From: Verrucomicrobiota bacterium
Lineage (GTDB): Bacteria; Verrucomicrobiota; Verrucomicrobiia; Verrucomicrobiales; DEV007
Length of the DNA: 60,397 nucleotides
Reading direction: 5' to 3'
Assembly: GCA_045046875.1 (NCBI GenBank)
Contig: JASFYY010000115.1
Location: forward strand, 1 to 60,397
Below the pieces are notes generated by a model. It made no database searches and was not told the DNA's origin. It was given only the letters and a program-made list of their open reading frames with translations. Both the position numbers and the translations under genes were made by a program. Of this stretch, positions 9,275 to 16,475 are shown in pieces; the first letter of the stretch is position 1; the number at the start of each line of letters is the position of its first letter.

Positions 9275-10594
9275 TCACACCGCCTGAACAGCGATACGGT
9301 GACAAGCATTATTCAAATAACCTTTAGGGTTCCAACCAGGTAATATCATCGGCTGGCTGCGCCCATCGCTGTCCACCGCCCGGGCCCATACTTCGTAATA
9401 ACCTGTCTGAGGGAATTTGACCTCGGCGCTCCAGCGCTGCCACGCCAAACGGTTCACCGGAGCTTTTATTTCCGCTTTCTGCCAGGTTGATCCGAAATCG
9501 ATCGAAACAAACATCTCCTTCACTTCAAGATCACCCGCCCAGGCATGACCCCGAACAGCGAGTTTTTCACCAACCGCATGACTGATGCCCGACTTCGGAT
9601 AATTCACCAGTGATTTCACCGGCATCGATTCGATAATCTTCATGTCCTCGTCGGGAACCGATGTGCCTGGAGCTACGGTTTTTTTCGGCACCCGGTAAGC
9701 CTGCCCGGTCATCTTGGTGCCATCGTGCACCTGGTTGCGAATCACGATCTTGCGCACCCATTTACCGGATGTCGAAGCCGGCCAGCCACCCGTCACCAAA
9801 CGCAAAGGGTAACCATTGAGCCAGGGTATGTCTTCTCCGTTCATCGCAAAGGCAATCAATGATTCGTCTTCCAACGCTTTGGCAATCGGCACACCACGGG
9901 AAATCGCATCCTTTTTGGGATCACCGGAAAGGTGGGTATCCTTGCCGTAATAACCGGTATAAACCGCATCATCCTTGATCCCACAATGCTCCAACACATC
10001 CCGCAAACGAACGCCCGTCCAGGTAGGACAACCCACAGCCCCCAAAGTCCATTGATTGCCTTTGGCTGGTGGATTGTATTCTCCCCGTCCATTACCCCCA
10101 CATTCGATCGTCAACTGATAGGTGTAATGTTTGAATTTTTTCTTCAATTCCGGCAGAGTGAATGTCTGCGGATTTTTGCAGGACTCCCCCCCTATCTCCA
10201 AAGTCCACTTATCCGGGTCGATACCGTCCAATGGGGGTGGGTTGCCGTTATTGCGGACAAACAAACGGTCACCCGGAGTCACGTCGTCATCCAACAAATG
10301 CGGCGGCGTCTCAGCATTGATGGGACGATCATTCAACACCGTCAGACCATCGATCTTGCCCACCAGTTTAAAAGGTTTTTCATCCTGAGCCAAAGCAGCT
10401 GGGATCAAACCACCCGGCATCTCTTTCCAAAAAACCACCTTTGCTCCAATCGCTGCTGACATAGCTGTCAAAGCCGAGCGACTCATAAAACCTCTACGAG
10501 TGAACGGGTCCACTTGCCTGCCCCACAAGGCCTCATCGGCCGCTTCAGGATTCTCACTGTAAAGTTCGTGTATTCCGCGTTCTTTTTTATTCAT
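9275..10594 (-). CDS. Tat-exported sulfite oxidase-family molybdoenzyme (SorA/SoxC-like)
   Basis: Tat motif TRRGF; NAETP, FVRNNG, Mo-ligand ECGGNGR, WTGVRL, NGYPLRL, SGKW; C-terminal dimerisation domain with WNPKGY. Confidence 0.92.
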   Translation of the reverse strand: MNKKERGIHELYSENPEAADEALWGRQVDPFTRRGFMSRSALTAMSAAIGAKVVFWKEMPGGLIPAALAQDEKPFKLVGKIDGLTVLNDRPINAETPPHLLDDDVTPGDRLFVRNNGNPPPLDGIDPDKWTLEIGGESCKNPQTFTLPELKKKFKHYTYQLTIECGGNGRGEYNPPAKGNQWTLGAVGCPTWTGVRLRDVLEHCGIKDDAVYTGYYGKDTHLSGDPKKDAISRGVPIAKALEDESLIAFAMNGEDIPWLNGYPLRLVTGGWPASTSGKWVRKIVIRNQVHDGTKMTGQAYRVPKKTVAPGTSVPDEDMKIIESMPVKSLVNYPKSGISHAVGEKLAVRGHAWAGDLEVKEMFVSIDFGSTWQKAEIKAPVNRLAWQRWSAEVKFPQTGYYEVWARAVDSDGRSQPMILPGWNPKGYLNNACHRIAVQAV

Positions 10595-10705
10595 AGGATT
10601 ATTTATAACGAAAACATAATAAATCTAAAACTGCAAGGCTCAAGCTGATAAAATTTGAATTTGAATGGGCTGTTTTCCTATATGGATACAGGGGTATTCA
10701 ATCAG

Positions 10706-12046
10706 CTAAACTCCCACCAGAATGAATTTTAGCACAAACATTACAGCCAAACCATACATGATTTTTTTCACCTTGCGATATTCACCTGTTGTCGCCATCA
10801 CCACGCAATAGGTGATGCAACCAAAGGCTATACCATTAGCAATACCCAGCCCAAAAGGTATCATTATCATGGTTATGACGGCGGGCACCGTTCGACGCAA
10901 ATCTTTCCACTCGATAGCTTCCAATCCGGAGAACATCATAATCCCCACCCACACTAAAGCCGGCGCGGTTGCCGCCGCGGGTATGCTTAGAATCAGCGGG
11001 TGAAAAAAAAGTGCCAATACAAAACACAAGGCTGTCACCAAAGCCGCCAACCCCGTGCGTGCACCAATCTCTACTCCAGCTGCCGATTCCACGTAGGCCG
11101 TGACCGGCGAGGTGCCCAGCATCGCCCCTAGAGAGGTAGCTGCGGCATCAGCTGTCAAAGCCTTGCCCATACGCGGAAGCTCTCCCTGCTCATCCAGCAA
11201 ACCCGCTCGTCGCGACACCCCTAACAAAGTACCAATCGAATCAAACATATCTACAAACATCAGAGTCAATACCGGCACCCAGGCCACTTGCCAGTGTTTG
11301 AAAGGATACAGCCAATCTGCTTTCATCCACAGGGGGGACAAGGATGCTGGTCGGTCAACCCACTGCTCGGGCATCTCTGTGATGCTGAGCCCGGCCTCGG
11401 TCCCCGGCACAAGCAAGCCGAGCAAAGTAACCACTAAAATACTAAGCAAAATAGCACCGGGGATTTTTTTTATGACAAGAACAAGTATCAGCAACAAACC
11501 CAGCGACGCCAGGCTTGCAGAATTAGGAATCCACCCATCCGATATGGGTCCAAGGCGTAATAAACTCGATTCATCCGTAACCACCAAACCACAATTTTTC
11601 AAACCAATCAAAGCGATCAACAAACCAATGCCCACTTGCATGCCTATCTTCAAAGCTTCTGGAATAGCCTTCACCACCAGCGATCTCAATCCTGTCATTG
11701 TTAGAATCAAAAACAAAATCCCATTCCAAAAAACCATGCCCAACGCACCCTGCCAAGGCACATTCATACGTAAACAGATCTCGTAAGTGAAAAACACATT
11801 GATGCCCATGCCCGGAGCCATAGCGATCGGATACTTACTCAGCAGAGCCATCAAGGCTGTGCCTATGGCGGCCGCTAGAGCAGTGGCCGTCACCAGGGCG
11901 GCATGATCCATGCCGGTGTCTTTGAGAATTGCCGGGTTCACCGCAAGGATGTAGGCCATCGCGGTAAAGGTCGCCAAGCCACCCATCACCTCACGCGGCA
12001 AGGTGGTGCCTTTGGATTTCAGCTGAAAGTAGCGCTCCAACATCAA
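10706..12046 (-). CDS. NCS2/AzgA-family purine (adenine/guanine/hypoxanthine) permease
   Basis: TFTAMAYILAVNP, APGMG, DMFDSIGT, YVESAAGV.GARTGL motifs; many TM segments. Confidence 0.92.
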   Translation of the reverse strand: MMLERYFQLKSKGTTLPREVMGGLATFTAMAYILAVNPAILKDTGMDHAALVTATALAAAIGTALMALLSKYPIAMAPGMGINVFFTYEICLRMNVPWQGALGMVFWNGILFLILTMTGLRSLVVKAIPEALKIGMQVGIGLLIALIGLKNCGLVVTDESSLLRLGPISDGWIPNSASLASLGLLLILVLVIKKIPGAILLSILVVTLLGLLVPGTEAGLSITEMPEQWVDRPASLSPLWMKADWLYPFKHWQVAWVPVLTLMFVDMFDSIGTLLGVSRRAGLLDEQGELPRMGKALTADAAATSLGAMLGTSPVTAYVESAAGVEIGARTGLAALVTALCFVLALFFHPLILSIPAAATAPALVWVGIMMFSGLEAIEWKDLRRTVPAVITMIMIPFGLGIANGIAFGCITYCVVMATTGEYRKVKKIMYGLAVMFVLKFILVGV

Positions 12047-12057
12047 TCCCTTGTCGC

Positions 12058-13320
12058 TTATTCAGCCTGCTCAGCCTTCAAGTTTCCCGATACAAAAGCC
12101 TGCCACGATTTTGCTAAACGGGCATCCGGCAACCACGTCCGTCCGGCTGTCCATTCGGTGCTGCCTCCTGCTTTGGATATTTTTTTACCTTCAATATCGC
12201 CCACCCAAGCAGACGAACGCTCAATCTCATTAAGCCCCTCACTTCCCATCCGCATCGGAACCACTACATTCAAAAAAGCCTGACCAAGGGTGAACACTTG
12301 CAGTGAATCCCCGGAAGTTCCACGGGGCTCCAGAGCAAAAACCCAATTAGGCTGCAGTTTGACGTGTTTTCCAAACACTTCGTTGGCAAGGTTTTTGCCC
12401 TCATACAACTCCCATTCGTTATCATATTCACCTTGAATGAACATGAGTGGAACTTTGGCAGAGATCTCATTCGGCTCGGCATTGTAAAAAGCCCCTTTTG
12501 CCGCCACTACAGCGGCGACCCGTTCCGGTTTCCACTGGGCAAAATTATACACAAAGGCACCACCCCCTACATCACGCCCATACAGCACCATCGGCACGAT
12601 TTTCAGTTCCGGCCGTTTAGCAGAGTCGGCAATCATATCAATCGCACGAATCAGGGCGTCCCCTGTTCCCGCTGATACTTCATAATAGGGCGCCGCCCCC
12701 TTTTTAGGCCCTTTCACATCATCAACAGCCAAGCCTAAAATAGCCAAACCATGTTGGGCAGCAAAACTGAACCACGGCCCTCTGGTAGCAATTGCTGTGG
12801 AAGTGGTATCAAAAAGACCCGCGGCAAAAAACTTCTCGTTTCCAGGTGCGCGCGCCGCCGCTCCGGTCAAATAAACCAATACGCCCTTAGCCTTCCCTCC
12901 GGGCAATTTGATTGCCACTTTGAGATTGGTGAAATTATCCGAGGATTTCCCTTTCACCGTGGTTTCGTAAATACCTTCCGCCTCTAGTCTGCCTTTACGA
13001 TCAGTCGGCATGGCAGCCTTCGGTTCTTGATCCACAAAAGACCCCATATTAAGCGCCACTTTCTCGCCACCTAAAGTCTTTTTTCTCGCTGCATGAATTT
13101 TAGGATTTTCGCTTTCCAGCTTACGCAAATCCAGCCGCGACCACGACAAGGTGACAACGGGTCCGCCTTTTTTCACCTGCACTTCCAGTCCTGCCGGGCT
13201 TGCTGATTTCACCCCGGCAAAATCCACCGTTTTCCCCTTGGAACTCGTGATCGGTATCCCGGAAGCCATTGGCGGCAACAAAAAAACCAACAATAACATT
13301 AACAGAGACCCTATTTTCAT
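12058..13320 (-). CDS. Exported alpha/beta-hydrolase-fold protein with non-canonical active-site motifs
   Basis: Signal peptide from ATG 13320. The YGRDVGGGAFVYNFAQWKPERVAAVV...VPLMFIQGEYD pattern matches small PVC alpha/beta hydrolases, but there is no GxSxG. Confidence 0.6.
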   Translation of the reverse strand: MKIGSLLMLLLVFLLPPMASGIPITSSKGKTVDFAGVKSASPAGLEVQVKKGGPVVTLSWSRLDLRKLESENPKIHAARKKTLGGEKVALNMGSFVDQEPKAAMPTDRKGRLEAEGIYETTVKGKSSDNFTNLKVAIKLPGGKAKGVLVYLTGAAARAPGNEKFFAAGLFDTTSTAIATRGPWFSFAAQHGLAILGLAVDDVKGPKKGAAPYYEVSAGTGDALIRAIDMIADSAKRPELKIVPMVLYGRDVGGGAFVYNFAQWKPERVAAVVAAKGAFYNAEPNEISAKVPLMFIQGEYDNEWELYEGKNLANEVFGKHVKLQPNWVFALEPRGTSGDSLQVFTLGQAFLNVVVPMRMGSEGLNEIERSSAWVGDIEGKKISKAGGSTEWTAGRTWLPDARLAKSWQAFVSGNLKAEQAE

Positions 13321-13379
13321 AAGCCTGCCATTGTGACCCAGTGTGCTCTGGAGAATCAAGTCTTATTCCTTCCAATCCA

Positions 13380-13415
13380 CAAAAAAACGGAACCCCACCA
13401 TCGGAGCCCCGTTTT
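13380..13415 (-). terminator. Intrinsic terminator of the DUF1501-PPC-DUF1549 operon
   Basis: The minus strand reads AAACGGGGCTCC-GATGGT-GGGGTTCCGTTT followed by a T run, just after the stop at 13431. Confidence 0.7.
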
Positions 13416-13430
13416 AAAAACGTCCCTCGA

Positions 13431-16400
13431 TCAATGATTAAACATGAACTCTTTACTATTCAGAATAGCCCAGAATATATCGTTCAATACCTGCTCTTGT
13501 TTCACCTTGTCTTCCCCGACTTTGCCGACTTGAGCCAACAAGGCTTTCTTTTCCTTGTCGGTTGGCTTGCGGGAATAACTGCCGATGTAAATATCATCAA
13601 TCACCTGATCCGGTTTTTTACCAGCCGCCAAGGCCTTTTTGACCATCGCTCCCGAATCGATTTTCTGAGTCACGTTCTCACCATTCATCAGATGCAGCGC
13701 CTGGGAAAGCGTCGGCTCCATTTTCACCTCACACGAGCACACCGTCTCACGTGTCGCACGGCCGAAGGTGGTGAGGAAATAATTAGTCGTGCCCCCGTCG
13801 GCGATCTGCACCGCACGTGCACCCAAAGGCAAACCTTTGAACTTGTTCTTGGTATCGGTCAACTGACTCAGATTATCCAGCATCACTTCAGCCCGCTGAC
13901 GGCGAATACGGCCTTTGGCAAAATTACGCGTATCCAACTCATTGGTCAGGTTGGCTTTGGTCGAACGTTGATAAGCTTGCGATGCACAGATATCCATCAC
14001 CAGTTTTTTCATGTCGTATTTATACTCGTTCTGGAACTTTGCCGCCAACTCAGTCAACAACTCCGGATTGGAAGGAGGATTGCTCACCCGCACATCATCC
14101 ACCGGCTCGACGATGCCAATTCCGAAAAACTGAGCCCAGACAATATTAACAACATTCCGTGCGAAAAATGGATTTTCCGGAGAAGCCATCCACTTAGCCA
14201 GAACCACCCGGCGATCCTTGCCTTTCACATCGGGCGTTTCACCACCGAGGAATTTCGGAACCATCACACGCCCGCCGACTTTATGTTTCATCTCACCACT
14301 GCCGCGATTATAGATCACTTTCTCCCGGGGATCATCGGCATTTTTGCGACCGATCTGGGCAAAAAAGGCGGAGAATCCATAATAATCATCCATCGTCCAG
14401 CGATCAAAGGGATGATTGTGGCACTGCGCGCACTGCATACGCATGCCCATGAAAACCTGCGCGCAGTTTTCCATCAGCTTGTTGGTATCCCGTTCGATCT
14501 GATAATAATTAGTCGCGGGATTGTCAAAGGTGCCGCCACTCGCAGACAACAGCTCGATCACGATTTCGTTCATCGGCTTGTTCGCCGCGATGCGCTCTTT
14601 CAACCAATTGCTATAGAGCAACGCGGATTTATAACTCATGCCGAGATTCACATTCCGACTGGAACGGATCTGCAACAACTCCGACCATTTCATCACCCAA
14701 ATCTCAGTGAATTCCTTGCGCTCCAACAACTGAACCACCAACTTGGCTCGTTTGTCCGCCGCTTTATCGCCGATAAAAGTATTATACTCGGCGACCGTTG
14801 GCAGAATACCCACAATATCAAGATACACCCGGCGAAGATATTCTTCATCGGTGCAATTACCCGAAGGGACAATACGCAGACGGTTAAGTTTCTGGTCGAC
14901 CAACTTGTCGATATAGTTGGTTTCTTTGATCTGTGGTTTGGTGTATTTGAGACCTTCAGGAATCACGATCACCTGGGCCGCCACGTTGTAATCCTCGTAA
15001 CGCGCCATGATGTAACCTTCTCCACGTTTGACCGCAGTCACCAATCCCAGATCGGTGATCGTTGCGGTGGGCTCGTTGGTGCTGCCAAATACGGCCAGTG
15101 CCGTCACGTCACGATCCGTGCCATCCGAGTAACGGGCTCTCACCGTCATCTGCTGGAACGAACCCGCACCCTTCATCACCATGGTCAAAGGGTACACATC
15201 CACACCCACCACTTCAGGCAAGGTTTTAGGATCGTCTTTGAGTGCTCCTTTATTGACCCACTCGACGAAGTTACGGAAACTGTCGCTGTCTTTATCGAAG
15301 TTCTTACCGCCGGTATGAGGAACCGTTTCGGTGGCTTTTTCCACCATCAGGCTTTCTTCTGGAATAGCGAAGTTGATCCGCCTCCCCGCCATCTGTTGGG
15401 TGATGCGGTGATGATCGCCATCGGGATCAAATCCAAAAATAGAAAGATTAAATCCATCCTGACCGCGCGAGCTGCCGTGACAAGACCCCGTATTACAGCC
15501 TTCCTTCAAAAAAATCGGCATGATATCCAAACGGAAACTGATATTACGATCCTTGGCAGGATCTTTCACTTCCACAGGAACCTTCACCTCAAAGCCTGAA
15601 ACCTTGACGCTTAATTCGGTTTTGCCATCTTTCCTGGGCAAATACAAATACGGTTTTTGCTTTTCCACCAAAGACGCGTTCGCCAAAGTGAAAGTCGAGC
15701 TGCTGGTAACATCGGCCGTGGTATCATCATCGTAAGTCGCCATCACCACCAAAGCCTGTTTATCCTTGTTGTTTTGCAGATGCACATCCGCCGGATAGAC
15801 CTTCACTGATACGATTTTGCCATCACGCTTGGGCAGAGGTTTCACCACAAAGTCGGCTTCTTTTTTTTCTACCAAATTGATCCCTTCCGGCCATGGTGCA
15901 CCAGCGGCAACCCATTTGCTCAGTTTGTCAATTTCGGCCTTGGTCAGAACCCGGCCTTTGGACGGCATCACATCATCATCATCTTTGGGCAACGATACCA
16001 ATTCGATCATCGAACTCTCAGCGGGTTTTCCAGCGACAAACGCCGGGCCATTTTCACCTCCCTTGAGAAACAGGTCATGTCGATCATAACGCAGCTCCCC
16101 TTTGATCTTGCCCTCACGGTGACAACCCACACAATTGAACTCAAGGATCGGCTTGATGTCCCGCACAAAGTCCACCGCTGCCGGTTTGGCTGGAGCTTTG
16201 GCTACCGGTTTAGCAGCAGGCTTAGCCGCCGGTTTTGCCGGAGCTTTGGCTACCGGTTTAGCAGCAGGCTTAGCCGCTGGTTTTGCCGGGGCTTTGGCTA
16301 CCGGTTTAGCAGCAGGCTTAGCCGCTGGTTTTGCCGGGGCTTTAACCGCAGGCTTTGCAGGGCTAGGTGCAGCTTTAGCAGGAGCTTTGGCTGCATCCGC

Positions 16401-16466
16401 AGCCAGCCCGATCATGCTGCTAGCCAGCAGCATACTAACAATGGCAAAAAATTTCCTGGTCTTCAT
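13431..16466 (-). CDS. DUF1549/DUF1553 (PSCyt2/PSD1) protein with N-terminal Planctomycete cytochrome c domain, Ig-like domains and KPAA repeats
   Basis: Signal peptide; VDFVRDIKPILEFNCVGCH; GCNTGSCHG; DEEYLRRVYLDIVG; CAQCHNHPFDRW; NPFFARNVVN; C-terminal WAILNSKEFMFNH. Confidence 0.92.
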   Translation of the reverse strand: MKTRKFFAIVSMLLASSMIGLAADAAKAPAKAAPSPAKPAVKAPAKPAAKPAAKPVAKAPAKPAAKPAAKPVAKAPAKPAAKPAAKPVAKAPAKPAAVDFVRDIKPILEFNCVGCHREGKIKGELRYDRHDLFLKGGENGPAFVAGKPAESSMIELVSLPKDDDDVMPSKGRVLTKAEIDKLSKWVAAGAPWPEGINLVEKKEADFVVKPLPKRDGKIVSVKVYPADVHLQNNKDKQALVVMATYDDDTTADVTSSSTFTLANASLVEKQKPYLYLPRKDGKTELSVKVSGFEVKVPVEVKDPAKDRNISFRLDIMPIFLKEGCNTGSCHGSSRGQDGFNLSIFGFDPDGDHHRITQQMAGRRINFAIPEESLMVEKATETVPHTGGKNFDKDSDSFRNFVEWVNKGALKDDPKTLPEVVGVDVYPLTMVMKGAGSFQQMTVRARYSDGTDRDVTALAVFGSTNEPTATITDLGLVTAVKRGEGYIMARYEDYNVAAQVIVIPEGLKYTKPQIKETNYIDKLVDQKLNRLRIVPSGNCTDEEYLRRVYLDIVGILPTVAEYNTFIGDKAADKRAKLVVQLLERKEFTEIWVMKWSELLQIRSSRNVNLGMSYKSALLYSNWLKERIAANKPMNEIVIELLSASGGTFDNPATNYYQIERDTNKLMENCAQVFMGMRMQCAQCHNHPFDRWTMDDYYGFSAFFAQIGRKNADDPREKVIYNRGSGEMKHKVGGRVMVPKFLGGETPDVKGKDRRVVLAKWMASPENPFFARNVVNIVWAQFFGIGIVEPVDDVRVSNPPSNPELLTELAAKFQNEYKYDMKKLVMDICASQAYQRSTKANLTNELDTRNFAKGRIRRQRAEVMLDNLSQLTDTKNKFKGLPLGARAVQIADGGTTNYFLTTFGRATRETVCSCEVKMEPTLSQALHLMNGENVTQKIDSGAMVKKALAAGKKPDQVIDDIYIGSYSRKPTDKEKKALLAQVGKVGEDKVKQEQVLNDIFWAILNSKEFMFNH
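16195..16343. repeat. 48-bp tandem repeat (3+ copies) encoding AKPAAKPAAKPVAKAP
   Basis: The unit GCTTTGGCTACCGGTTTAGCAGCAGGCTTAGCCGCYGGTTTTGCCGGR starts at 16195, 16243 and 16291. Confidence 0.95.
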
Positions 16467-16475
16467 ATTGATCTA

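Noticed and set aside
12047..12200. Purine riboswitch upstream of the NCS2 permease
   Set aside because: There is only an 11-bp gap to the upstream CDS and no recognisable aptamer.
13341..15599. 752-aa plus-strand ORF
   Set aside because: It is antisense to the well-supported DUF1549/1553 gene and has no recognisable motifs, so it is most likely a shadow ORF.
16195..16343. Possible CRISPR array
   Set aside because: The units are contiguous with no unique spacers, lie in frame within a CDS, and no cas genes are present.
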